Below are positions 1 through 11,712 of a stretch of DNA of 64,000 bases, in pieces. Origin of the DNA: Vicugna vicugna (Eukaryota); NCBI GenBank assembly GCA_013265495.1, contig MU058669.1, positions 416,056 to 480,055 of the forward strand, in the 5' to 3' direction. A program made the position numbers and the translations under genes. Every line of letters begins with the position of its first letter. Position 1 is the stretch's first letter. The notes below the pieces were generated by a model. The model saw nothing but the letters and a program-made list of their open reading frames with translations, did no database searches and was not told the DNA's origin.

Positions 1-250
1 TCATTCTCCCTCTCCCCCATCTATCTGTATCTGTATTTTTTTCCTGAAACATTTGAGAGGAAGTTGAAGACATAATTATTCTATAATCCTAAATTCTTCA
101 GTGTGTATTTCTTAAGAACATCAAAATCAGGAAATTTAACACTGATATAATGCTATTAACTGATCTATTGTCAATATCCAAATTTTGCCAATTGTTCCTA
201 TAAGATCCTTTATGCTAACTTTTATTTTCCTAGTGCAGGATCCAGTTCAA
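1..250 (-). mobile_element. L1MC-type LINE 3' fragment
   Basis: ATCAAAATCAGGAAATTTAACACTGATATAATGCTATT...AGGATCCAG resembles the antisense L1MC 3' end consensus. Confidence 0.7.
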
Positions 251-254
251 CATT

Positions 255-410
255 GTTCATTCATTTTCTTGTTGATCAAATACGTCATATGCCAGGCACT
301 GTATAAAGCACTGGAGATAAAATAATGAGGGTGGGAAACAGACACAGCCACTGTCCTCCTGGTGCTTATAGTTTAGTAGAGAGGCATATTAATTGAATAA
401 TCACACTAAT
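255..410 (-). mobile_element. L2 LINE 3' fragment
   Basis: TTCATTCA...TGCCAGGCACTGT...CTGGAGATA...GCTTATAGTTTAGT, the antisense L2 tail. Confidence 0.65.
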
Positions 411-441
411 TTTAAGTTACTGTAATCACAAACTAAGACAT

Positions 442-443
<2 letters not shown>

Positions 444-481
<38 letters not shown>
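444..481. repeat. (GT)19 microsatellite
   Basis: Perfect dinucleotide run. Confidence 0.97.
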
Positions 482-484
<3 letters not shown>

Positions 485-682
485 GGCTCTGTGCAGGACA
501 CCTGGCTCGTTCAAGGTCAGTAGGAGCTGGGGATGGTGCAGAGGGGAGAGACCTGAAGTGGAGTTTAGCCTGTATTTCAGAACAACATGAAGCCACTGAT
601 AGGTCCCCAGGAGAGCCAGCGGCATGATTTACATTTCCAAAAGGCCATTCTGGCTACTGTGTGAAGAAAGATAATGAAAATA

Positions 683-1759
683 TGGGTCAACAATCCCTTA
701 GCCTTGATTTCAGAATCAAAAGTTTTTTTTTAATAACTCATTTGGTGACAAACCCTGGATGGACATGAGGCTAATTATATATAGTCTTTATTTATCTACT
801 ATGTTTTTGCCACAGAAAAACATACTGTGCTATGATTATGGGAGCAGCCACAGATCCCGCTGGGGCTGTTACATGATGTGCACTGTATTAACCTCCCTAA
901 ATCAGAAAGATTCTTGTGTCACTTATCAATTTATTCCCTCAACTTTGAATCCACCTTCTCTGACTACTATGTGAAAATGGATCTGAGCCCTTTAACATTT
1001 TTCTGCTGCCAGATCACATGAGGTTATCAGTGATCAGTAGATGCTGGAGAGATGCTGCAGGAGGCAGGTATTATTTTCATCCTGGTTCTGGTGCATTTGC
1101 CAGGCAGACAGCACAAAGGACTTCTCCAGCCCAGGCTCCTGTAGCAAGCACATCTTCTCTGTCATCCACCTTCAGGGACCACAGCACCCAGCTGCCAGCA
1201 GCTTCCCCCTAAAACCCACTTCCTTGAGCGTTTCTGTCACTAAAAGTGGTATCTCGCCAAGAGTGGTTACCCCACCATGAACAGCTTTTCCCAGCACGTT
1301 TCACTGGCGTGCCATCAGCTGTGCCATTCAGTAAGCACTGCTATTCCCTCCCCAACAAAGTCAAGATCTTAACCTTGGAGGTGATGAATGGGGCAGGGAG
1401 CTCTTCCTTGAGTGCTCTATCTCAGCCCAGGAGAGGGGTCTTCCTCAGGAATTCTATTTCAACAGGGTGGAGGTGGAGGCTGTGCTCCGTGGTGCTCCAT
1501 CTCTGCCCTAGGGCTAGTGGCTGCTCCTGGATCGGCCGTTCCCACATTCTTCAGAACATATTTTGAGTTCTCTTTACTTCATAATAGACAATCCTTCATG
1601 ACTCCAATCTCCTGTCACAGTTAAGAATTCTTTATATTAAATGTTCCACATTCAGATTACTGGGTGGTTTCTCTCTCCTGACTGAACCCCAACTAACATA
1701 ATTCTGAATTCTGAAATGTGCCTCACACAGAGGGTTTAGGCTAAGGGATTCTGGACCTG
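683..1759. mobile_element. TcMar-Tc2 (MER104/Kanga-like) DNA transposon, split by an LTR
   Basis: Terminal inverted repeats TGGGTCAACAATCCCTTAGCC (683-703, preceded by TA) and GGCTAAGGGATTCTGGACCTG (1739-1759). The internal CAGATCCCGCTGGGGCTGTTACA...AAATCAGAAAGATTCT continues as ATTCTGAATTCTGAAA after 1700. Confidence 0.7.
915..1700 (-). mobile_element. ERVL solo LTR (LTR33/LTR41-like) with 5-bp TSD ATTCT
   Basis: Starts TGTGTC and ends GGTTTCTCTCTCCTGACTGAACCCCAACTAACATA, like an antisense ERVL LTR end. ATTCT flanks both sides (910-914, 1701-1705). Confidence 0.72.
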
Positions 1760-1764
1760 ACATA

Positions 1765-1985
1765 GTAACAACTTCTATGTACCACGTTTCATATGCCAGG
1801 CACGATTCCAAGTGCTTTGTGTACATGAATTAATTTAATCCTGATAACTACCCTGTGAGGTAGATACTATTCTTGTTTCCATTTTAAAAGAGGAAGCAAA
1901 GAGGTTCAGCAACTTTCCCAAAGTCAGACAGCCACTAAAGAAAGGGCAGCGGGATCCAAACCCAGGTAAACCTGTAGCCTTGGAA
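1765..1985 (-). mobile_element. MIR SINE (near full length)
   Basis: TGCCAGGCAC...AAGTGCTTT...TTTAATCCT...CCCTGTGAGGTAG...CCATTTTA...GAGGAA...CCCAAAGTCA...AACCCAGG. Confidence 0.88.
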
Positions 1986-2934
1986 GCCTGCGGGTGAGGT
2001 GGGGAGGGGGCGAGGAGAGAAGCGGCCACACAGAGATCAGCTCAAAAGCTATCATGCATCCTCTACCGTGTTCTCAGGGCCCCCTGCTCACATCCCACTG
2101 CTCTGGAACTATCTGCCTAGCGGTTCAGCAGGGCCTCGAAGGCAGAGACCATGTCCTTTCCTCCTGCAACGTCAAGTGCTTAGCAGAGAGCCAGCCTGGG
2201 CACGTTCAGGATTTAGTCAAAATCTGCTGGACGAATGACATGTTGAATGGCGTAGAACTACAGACCCCAAAGCCAGCTGAACAACAGGCTGAGCCGTCTG
2301 GGTCACATTTCGTGCTTGGAGCACTCTGGCCCCGCAAGTGCTGTCCTGGGAGCTCTGCTGTCTCACCTGGCTTCACGTGCAGACGTCTGACAACTGTTGA
2401 CAAAATGACTTCCTAGGTCTTCTTCAACTCAACCTCCAGGACCCATCAGAGAGCACATCTGGTCATGTGATTGATCTGCCCACACCATGCATGTCTCTGG
2501 GAACTGTGGGGTGGAGTCCAGCCCATGGACCTGGCCCCACCAGCATTCCAGCCTCTCCCAGGCCCAATCCTGGCTTTACTTCTTTGGGGCCAGCAACACT
2601 GAACCTGGGAGACCCTGCACACGCCACATGCTTTTCCCTACTCTGGGCTTTTGACTGTGCTGTGTCCTCTGCTGGGAACTCCTGTGCTCCCCTCCACGCC
2701 CACCCCAGCCCTTATCCTTCCTGGCTAAACTCTCACTTCCCTTCAAAGATTTAGGCCATGATTTCCTCCTTCAGGAAGCCTTTCCTGCTCCACCCACCCT
2801 GCCCATCTGGGTTAACTAGCTCTGCTGTGTGACCACATATAACCCTATACCTGCGGCTACCAGAACTAAATCTCACTGACTTGTTTGGCGTGTGGAGCCA
2901 AGGGTAGTGGTGACCCTGCTGGCCAACCACAGCT

Positions 2935-3085
2935 CCATCAGTGACCAGCTGTGTGACCTTGGGTGCAACATTTCCCCTCCCTGAGATAGTGCCCTCATCT
3001 ATAAAATAGGGATATTTACCATGTGCTTGCTATCGGGTTGCCGTGGAGATTAAGAACATTAAAGTACTTAACACTGTGTCTAGCC
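2935..3085 (+). mobile_element. MIR SINE fragment
   Basis: CCAGCTGTGTGACCTTGGG...CCTCATCTATAAAATAGGGATA (MIR core). Confidence 0.8.
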
Positions 3086-3390
3086 AAAGCAGCCTGCAGG
3101 GAAGTTCCTATCACGAGTGTCTGAAGCTCAGGGGCTGCAAGTTACGCATCTTGATGGCTTCACTACCTGGCATGGTGTCCGGACCACAGCAGAGCGTAGT
3201 CAATGAACGAATGGATCCATTCTCCCTCCATCCCTACAGACTGCAACCTGGTACCCCGGCCTCCAGTTCCTCCTGCATTGCCACATCCACCTTTCTGAGG
3301 CACACCTCAGATCTGGCCATCATCTGTGCAAACTCTATCCCTGGCTTCCCTGCATCCTGAGATCCAGCCTCCTGGCCTCCCAAGCAGAGC

Positions 3391-3438
3391 CCCTGTGATC
3401 CAGCCCTCCCTCCCTGCGATCCAGCCCTCCTTCCCTGC
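3391..3438. repeat. 21-bp tandem repeat (about 2.3 copies, plus a partial copy at 3356)
   Basis: CCCTGTGATCCAGCCCTCCCT / CCCTGCGATCCAGCCCTCCTT / CCCTGC. Confidence 0.85.
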
Positions 3439-4178
3439 AGTGACTCTCTAATGGACATCAAAAGGTCCAGTGACTCTGGCTTACTCCCTGCTCCTGGATG
3501 AGGTTCCCCCCTTTTCTGCCACCTGAGAGACCCCAATCCTTGTATGCACACTTCACTAAATTCCTAATCTTCCTCAGGGCCACCTGAAAAGTCACCACCT
3601 TTCAGAAGTCCTTCCTGACCTCCTCCTGGCATCCTGCAATGCCTGGCTAACCCCTCCCATGGTACGAAGGCTGCTCTGCCTTGTACACCCATCACCATGA
3701 ACTTGACTAGCCCCCTAGGAGAAGAGAGGCTGTTTTCTCTCCCTATCACATAGTAATAACCCTCCCAAATCAATTGAGTTGGGACCCAGAACAAAAATAA
3801 ATTGTTGAAATCACTGTAGTTGGAACTCAAAAAAAAGACAATACAGTTGAGTAAAAGGCAGTATGTACCATGCGTTTACTCATTGGTATCCAATGGCTTA
3901 GCTCATGGCTAAGTTGAAAAAAAAACATTTAAAGAGGCTGATCTCTGAACAAGGAGGATGGCTTTAGCAAGAGAATACATACGTGCAGAGTACTGCACTA
4001 ATCCTCCACAGGAAGGGGGTCTTCCCCATGAATTAAAAAAGGAACTGAAGTAGATGGAGGAGATTAAGTCAATTACCCCTTTGCAAAGAGTGTTTTGGCC
4101 CCCTCCACCCAAACTCAATGCACAAACAACTCATGCTCACACATAAAACAATCTAATGAGAAAATGGAAAATGGTCCA

Positions 4179-4599
4179 TGTACTGGGTTCCTAAGACTGT
4201 CCTAAAAAAGGACCACAAACAGGTGGTTTAGAAGAAAAGTTTACTACCTCACAGTTCTGGAGGCTACAAGTTCAAAGTCAAGGTGCTGGCAAGGCCAGGC
4301 TCCCTCCAAAGCCTCTGGGGGAGGATGTGTCCTTGCCTCTCCCAGTGCTGGAAGCCTCAGGCCTCCCCGGTTTAATGGTAGAAAAGCTCTAATCTCTGCC
4401 TCAGTCTTCACATGGCCGTCTCCCCGCTCTGATAAGGACACCAGTTCATCACATAGACCACGCTGCTCCAGCACCCACCATCTCATCGTAACCAAATACA
4501 CCTGCAATGGCCCTATTTCCAAAGAAGGTCACAGTCTGAGGTAGTGGGCTTGGGACTTCAACGTACCATTTGGCGGGGGGGCATGATTCAGTCCATTCA
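4179..4599 (-). mobile_element. MaLR solo LTR (MLT1C-like)
   Basis: CTCACAGTTCTGGAGGCTACAAGTTCAAAGTCAAGGTG...GCCTCTGGGGGAGGAT...CCCTATTTCCAAAGAAGGTCACAGTCTGAGGT. Confidence 0.88.
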
Positions 4600-4692
4600 T
4601 CCAATTAATGGGGGACGTGGTCCTTGGAGAAGGACCCAACCAAAGTCACACAGCAACTGAAGGCATCTCCCCCCACCAGGAAGAGACCAGAA

Positions 4693-4880
4693 TAGGGGTC
4701 AGCAAATCGTGCCTGCCAATCAGCCTGCTGCCTAGTTTTGCAAATAAAGTGTTATTGGCACACAGCATGCCCATTCATTTCTGTACCATTTCTGGCTGCT
4801 TTCACACTACAATGACAGGCCTGAGACCTGCACTACAATCACGGCAGAGACCACATGGTCTACAAAACCTAAAATAGTCT
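4693..4880 (+). mobile_element. MER58A-like hAT-Charlie MITE
   Basis: AGGGGTCAGCAAA...GCAAATAAAGTGTTATTGGCACACAGC...GGCTGCTTTCACACTACAATG...AAAACCTAAAATA. Confidence 0.85.
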
Positions 4881-5999
4881 CTGGATGAAAAGAATACATA
4901 AAATGCACTGGCCACATATGGGGACAGAGCTAGAGACAGGAGGAAGCCACAGAGCAGCTCTCTGAGACCCCTTCTCTCCAGCTGGAAGCCCACCCAAGGG
5001 ACTGTCCTGCTAGGAAGGCCCGTTCAACATGACTTCCCTCTGCCTAGTGAAACGGCAAAACACAGCCCTGTAACATTCAGGCCACTAAAGTTGTACAAAT
5101 TAGATTCTGTAAGCATTTCCAAGAGACAGAACTTAATTCTAATGGGAAGATGAGAGAAGACTTTCTGGGAAAAGAAAGACTTGAGAGGAGCCTGCACAGA
5201 TAAATAGTGGACACTCAATAAATCCTCTCGGCCACCCTGAGCCACATTAGACTGACTACCTAGGACTCTGCTGAGCTAAAGGAAGTGAGTTCCCCACTGG
5301 AGGTGTTCAAACCAAAGACAACTGACCATCTGGCAGGGATGAGGCTGGGAGAGTCAAGGCAAGATGGAAGATAGTCCCTTGGAATCGTGGATTCCACAGT
5401 AGTCGGCTGATGAAGCCTTCTTCAGTCTCACAGCTTATCATATTTGCTGAGAAAGACACATAGGCATAGAGTCAGCTGGGGATGGAGTCAGGGTGGAGGG
5501 AGAGAGACATACACAGAGAGATAGGAGACTGAGACTCAGAGAGGGGTGAAAAAGGTGTACTCACACCCAAAGTCAAACTATAGAGGGAGGAAATCCACAC
5601 CTGGCCTTTTCCCGCCTTAACTGCTACAGAGAAAAAAAGAGCAAAAGCCTGACAGTTGGGGTTAGAACTAAACAAATGTCCCTTGAATACCTCTGGCTTG
5701 GTACCTGGCAGCCTTTCTTAATGTGCCCCATTGTTCCCTGGCCGGGCTCTTGGCTGCCCTTCCTGCTGCCGCCGGGGGAGGGGAGGGGAAGCAGCCAAGC
5801 CAGATCCAGGTTGCAGAGGGAGGCACACCCCAGACACCAGGGCTGACTCCAGGAGGAGACTTCTCGTCCTCCCCAGCAGGAAAGCTAACATATCAGATGG
5901 CAAGACCTGACAACTGTCCAAAGTGACTGGGGCAGGAAGAGTTCCAAGTCTGAAAGCTAATGAGTCCCTCTTACCTGGGCTCTGCGTGCATGCCAGGAA

Positions 6000-6300
6000 G
6001 GTATTATCCCCACTTTACAGGTGAGGAAGTGGAGGCCGAGAGAGGTTAAATGACTTGCCACAGGCATCAATAAAACATGGTAATTAAGACTCAGTTAAGC
6101 AAGGTTTGAATGTCAGAAATCTGAGTCTGAGTCCCACTACTTCCTTCCTCTGCAGGCCTGAGAAGTTACTCAAGCTTCCTGAGCCCCAGTTTTCCCACCT
6201 GCAAAATGACCACAGTAGGAGCATTTACAACAGTAAAGAAATGGGACGTGCACAGGGCACGGCGCACAACAAGAACACAACAAGTAATGATGGTTATTAT
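6000..6300. mobile_element. Two MIR fragments in opposite orientation (6000-6060 minus, 6100-6300 plus)
   Basis: ATCCCCACTTTACAGGTGAGGAAGTGGAGGC, then CTGAGCCCCAGTTTTCCCACCTGCAAAATG. Confidence 0.75.
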
Positions 6301-7102
6301 TACCCCCGTGAGGCCAGGGCACAAAGAGAGCCCAAACTCACAGGCCACTCCAACTATGCCTCGCACCCACACCCAGCAGCCACCTGGAACCTCTCTAAGG
6401 GAAGGTTCCTGTAGGAGGGGATGGAGCTGCAGCCACTCCTGCCCCAGCAAAGGGCCTTGAACTCGGACACGTGGGTGGCTGTGTTCAGCTGAACTGCCCT
6501 CACACAGGCTCTACTTTGCAGAAATGGCCCCGGATGCCTTTGAGCACCACCGCCCACCCTGTCCCCACAAGGCATGTGCCGTTTCTGCTAGGAAAGCCGT
6601 CTTTCCACTCATTTCATAGACTCCTAACATTCCCTCCATAACAGGAATGTACATGCTGGGGTTCCCCGACATGCCAAGAAGCACAGGCAGAAAACAAAGT
6701 AGGCTCTGTGCTCAGCATCGTTTCTAACAAACCTACAGCAGCCCCGGACGCAGCTGCAACAAACGACATTGGCTGGGGTGGACCTCAAATTCACAATCCC
6801 TAGAGACACAGAGTGGCAAGGTGAGTGGTTCTGGGCTCAGACAGAACAGGAATCATCCAGAGAGAAACTTAAGTGAGTTTGTTCAGGAGTCTAAGGCTTG
6901 TATTTTATATTTCCAAGTAACCATCTTTTTTCTCTGCAAAGCATGTAACCCTCACAGCGAGAAGGACTAGCCTCAGCCTCCTGGCTCTGTAACCAGACAG
7001 GTCACTTAGGCTCTTTGAACTTCGGTTTTTTCATCTGTAAAGTTGAGGCCATCAATCTCTACCATGAAATAAAGAGAACACACTGGACACAGGTTATAAA
7101 GC

Positions 7103-7482
7103 AGAGTTCCCAAACTCAAATGTCCCCAGAGGCCAGCACAGTTACATGAAAGGGTGAGGAAGCCAGGTTTGAGACCACAAAGTGTGGCAGGGCCGTGGCC
7201 AGCTGACAGCCTGGAGCCTGTCTAGAGGGGCAGCTGCCATCCAGACCCAGCTACTTTTTCTGATAGTGTAACCCAGACCCCGCTACCTGACTTTTTCATT
7301 TTTCCCCAAAAGCCAGAAGAGAGAATTTTTGTAATGTGGAATATTGCAATGTTTAGGTACTGACAACTTACTAATATTTAAAAATTAAGACACCCAAATG
7401 TCTATGGGCCAGCATTGGGTGAACCACATAAAACACATCTCTGAGCTACATCTGGGCCACAGGCCACCAATTTGCAACCCCC
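7103..7482 (-). mobile_element. MER102-like hAT-Charlie element
   Basis: Ends resemble MER102 termini: CAGAGTTCCCAAACTCAAATG... and AAAACACATCT...GGCCACAGGCCACCAATTTGCAACCCC. Confidence 0.65.
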
Positions 7483-10289
7483 ACTAAAATACACATATAA
7501 TTTTTTTAAAGTAATACAAAGGTCTAATAAAGTAATGAAAGAAGTTCTCTGAAGGAGACAGCCATTGAGATTTATTATCAATAAAATAACCAGGAATTCA
7601 AACACAACCCCTGGTGCTCCAAAAACAGAGTTACTAACTTTTCACTAAAGTTAGGTGCCAAATTTAGAAACCAGTTATTTCACAAATAGAGGTGCACACA
7701 CATACACATTTTAACTGTCAGCAGCTGACTCTGACCAATACTCAGGAGAAAACATGCAAAAATAATAGTTTTCAGTTGAACACGTACAATGTGCTTTAGC
7801 AGCAGGAAGTAATTTTCACACACACTCCCCTGCCAGATGTTCCAACCTGTTCCGTTTAAGAAACTCCCTTCCTCCAAAGCCCCGCCAGCCCCCTCTGCTC
7901 AGCAGCCCTGATCTCTTCCTCTTCCAGGAGGCTGACACGTGTAACCTGGAGGAGACCTGTCCAAACACACAACCCTGGTTGACTGGGCTCTGGAGGCTGC
8001 CCGAGTCAGGCTCCCAGGTGGTGTGTGGGACCCGCTATAGCCCTGCACTGGGCCATTCGGCTCATGGAAGAGCCTTCTGGAGCCGATACAAAGGATCCAA
8101 GAACCAGGCTCATGGGGCCCTCAGCAATAACTTTCTCTCGTCCAGGGAAGAGGGAGGACTTCCCCAGTGTCAGAGGGCCAGGTGGGGGTGAGGCAGCAGG
8201 AGGAAGCCTCGGGCTGTGTGCTCCACTCAAGGGAGACACCTGGGCTGGAATCCTGTTTCTATCACTTCCTAGCAGTATGGCCTGCATATGTCACGAAACC
8301 TCTGCGATACTCAGTTATCCCATCTTTCACGCAATTAATCACCATCATGACACGATGAGTGCTGATTTGCTCATTTTAGAAGAAGGCAGAGCTGGGCCTG
8401 CGAATCAGGGGTCTGGTTCCCAATCGCATACTCTCTCCAGCTTAAGGGAGAGGTTCACAGAGTTTCCACAATGCAACCCCTTCCCAGGGAGGCCCTTAGT
8501 TCAGTACCTGCCCCAGGCATCTCACCCTTGCCCCTGCAGCAGGAAGGCACAGCAACTATCCTGGAAGGGCAACAGATCACAGGCACCAGCAGAAGACAAA
8601 GCTTGAGGGCCCACTGCAGAGGGATTTGCAAAGTGCACCGACCATCCCAGATCCGGATTGGACTCTGAGCCATTTGTATTTGACACAGTGCCATGACTGT
8701 CGACAGAGCTCCCCAGGAAGAGCTGGCTGGCAACTGGGGAGACTGCAGATACAGGCACTCCCCGGGAATAGAGCTGCAAAGTGCTCCTGGGGGCAGGGGA
8801 GCAAACACCTGAGGAAGGCAAGGTCCGCATACTGGGTGTGCCGACAAGTCAGGGACATGGGTAGAGAGAAGAGAGCTCCCCAGTGGACTCTCAGCAGGAT
8901 TTGTAGAACATGTGGCTCCTCTGCCCACCCCAGACTGGCCTGAGCAGGCTCCCCAGGGATTCGGAAACACCTTTAGTCCCAGAAGAACAATCCCTCAAGG
9001 CTAGGCCTCCTGCACTGGGCCAGCCCTCACCGAGCACCCACACACCATTCATTCACTCGCCTGCTTCCTCAGTTCCACAGCAAATGGTGTACAATCAAGA
9101 GTGAGTGACTGGGGTCGAGACTCCCTCCTGCCTTCAGAACATACAGTCTGGACAGATCAAAAACAATGATGATACTGCATGATACATTGACAGAAAGGGC
9201 TCTGGACCCGGAAGGAGAGAACTCTACCCCAGGCTGCCCTAGCAGGGATGAGTCAGGTTCAAGGGGCGAGGTGGTAGGAGAAAGGGTGTCAGGGGCAAGG
9301 GAGCAGTGTGTGTGGTGGCCCAGAAGCCCTTGGAATACATGGACAGGGGCAGGGAGGGAGGAGCAGAAAGAAACACAAGGCCACGCCTCCCTGGAAGGGC
9401 CACTGGTCTGGGTGGGCAGATGAGAAAGCCAAGGCTCAGGGGAACCAAGGTGTGTGAGTGACCCCTGGGGGCTGGAGTGACCAAAGAATACTTCCTGGAG
9501 GCAGCAAAGAACACTGCCTAGAAGGACGCAGAGGATCTGGGTTCTCTCCCAGCGGAGACCCCCATGATTGCTTCAGATTCCAGAGAGTCAGGGAGTGGAG
9601 TACAAAGTAGCCTGTGTGTGCACGACCCCCTCCCCACCTCCATTAACCAGAGACACGTCTGGCCCTGCTCCATTTCTGAAGCCTGTGCTGTGAGGCCAAC
9701 CACCTATCCACCTTCCAGACAACGACAACAGAAGTGTCCCTCCCCAGTTCTGCCACAGGGAGGCCAAGAATGCTCCCTGCTACCACCCAGGCATGTCCCA
9801 CCAGCAGCGGCACCACCCACCCACCCAGTGCCTTCTGTACCAAGCCGGTGACTCTTTCAACCCTCAGAACTACCCCTCCACCCCCCATATAGTTAACATT
9901 ATCCCCATTCTATAGCCCAAGATCTCCAGGCATGGAGGTCAACTGACTTGCCCAAGGCCAGGGATCTGAATCACGCAATGCAGCTAGAGCCCAGCAAGCT
10001 GCCCCACAGTGTCTCAAAACAGGGGCATTGGGGAATCTTCTTTGCCAACAGGGGCTTTGGCAGGTGGGGTGAAGGTTCCTTTTCAAGGTCATCGAGTGAC
10101 CTTGTGGGCTCCTCCTTGGCCACTAAAGCTCAGTCATAGAGTAGTGGTCTCTTCCCTCTGCACAGACATCGGGGCTCCCACAGCAGCCTCGCAGAAGGGG
10201 TGGAGGGGTGGGGTGGAAAGCAGAGCCTCTGCACTGCCGGGCACTGGGGCGGAGGCTCACAGGCTTATACACCAGCTCCACCCCCACAA

Positions 10290-10510
10290 GCTGTGCATCC
10301 TCGGGCAAATCCCTGCACCTCTGTGAGCCTCCACTCCCTCACCGGCTGCTACCTGCTTATAATTGTGCGTATGAAATAAGACATACAGGTAAAGGACTTA
10401 TTAGTCCAATGCGGAGCAGAATAAGCACTAAATAAATGGTAGCTGCTGTTATTATCATTAATATCATCATCTTCATTATCATCTCCATCATCACCTTTCT
10501 TGTTAGTGTC
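10290..10510 (+). mobile_element. MIR fragment with (ATC/ATT)n low-complexity tail
   Basis: GCTGTGCATCCTCGGGCAAATCCCTGCACCTCTGTGAGCCTC...TAAGCACTAAATAAATGGTAGCTGCTGTTATTATCATT. Confidence 0.75.
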
Positions 10511-11281
10511 ATCTCATCCTGTGGCTCTTATCCTCTGAGAACGCTGAAGACAATTCAGCATCCGAAGCTCAGAGTTCTCTCCAAACCAAAGGGAAGGAAG
10601 AAACGGCCTGCTTTTTTTCCCTTCCCTCTCCTATCTATACTCAGCAGAGGGCAGCAAACAGGAACCATCCAAAGATAACAGAGAGAGAAGAGAGACACAT
10701 GGAGAGAAAGCTACACACTCATAAATACACACCCACCCACCGCAGCAAGCGGAATTGTTTAGCTTCCTCTAGCTTCCAAAGTATGAACACTCCGCCTCCT
10801 CCAGCTAAGAAGGGCCAGGCAGAAAAAAAGTCGAAGCTGAAGAGACAGAAGTTCTTTTTCAGCTTGAGAGAAATTTTCAATGAACTGCCTTTTAATCTGT
10901 GTGGGGGTTGGGGGAAGGGGCACGGGGAGAGGGACAGCTCTCAGGACGCCTGTGAGGGGAAAGGAAGGCGGCGGCGGAACTCAGAAGTAAGATTAAATCA
11001 AAGCAGCTTTTAACTGCTCCTCATTTCAACCTCTGCTTACTCTTTGCTGGAAGCGCTCGTGCCTGAGCTTTCCCTGGGAGGACACGGAGGCCCACAGAGT
11101 GAATCATCGCAGTCTGAGGGTGACAGAGCTAGGATGAGAAAATGGGCCTTCAGACTGCAGGTTCAGGGATCAAAACTGAGTCCAGAATGGCAAAGAGGTT
11201 TTACCTCAAGGACCAGGTCTGGTCCCCAAGCACTGGGGACACTGCCTAGGACACTGCAGCAGCAGGATTCTGGAGTGGACA

Positions 11282-11712
11282 TGTGTTGGCTTCATTCCTA
11301 GATTTTGTTTCCCCTCCTTCCCACAAAAGCACCCAGACTTTTCTCTGGGAAACTGCTCTTCCTATGATTTGGGTAGCTAAACCCCACCCTGGCATAACTC
11401 ATCCTCCTGACAAATGTGACTGGTTCAGAGAGCACATCAGATCCAAATTGGGCCAATGACACCTAGGGAGATTTGCTAGAGTTTAAAGATGTTTCCACTG
11501 TCTTATAGAGAAGCTAACAGAAGAGGCAAACTCTCTCCTCTAGGATCTGGGTGTGGAAATGAGGTCAGAAAGAGCTACAATCATTTTTTGCTACCCTGGA
11601 GGCTCAGTCTAGGACGTGAGCCTCTAGATCATACCACACCTGAAGTCAACTGCAATTGCAGAAGCTAATATACTCCTTAATTCAGTCTGTTACTTGCAAC
11701 AGACAGAGAACC
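11282..11712 (+). mobile_element. Old MaLR LTR (MLT1J/K-like)
   Basis: CCCAGACTTTTCTCTGGGAA...TGACTGGTTCAG...GGGCCAATGA...TCTGTTACTTGCAAC. Confidence 0.6.

Noticed and set aside
1171..1190. REST/RE1-like TTCAGGGACCACAGCACC
   Set aside because: Half-site order and spacing do not fit RE1, and it lies inside an LTR.
6000..6215. Inverted MIR pair as a miRNA or A-to-I editing hairpin in the pre-mRNA
   Set aside because: By eye only about 60-65% complementary over about 50 nt; too weak, and such pairs are common.
7217..7234. CTCF-like GTCTAGAGGGGCAGC
   Set aside because: Extra G and poor 5' half; lies inside a MER102-like repeat.
8025..8970. Longest ORFs in the window (193 aa plus, 171 aa minus)
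   Set aside because: No recognisable protein family, non-ATG starts, overlap with a MIR fragment, and multiple mutually overlapping frames; consistent with chance in GC-rich intron.
10436..10678. ORF with an apparent hydrophobic signal or TM segment (poly-Ile)
   Set aside because: Comes from the (ATC/ATT)n tail of a MIR SINE.
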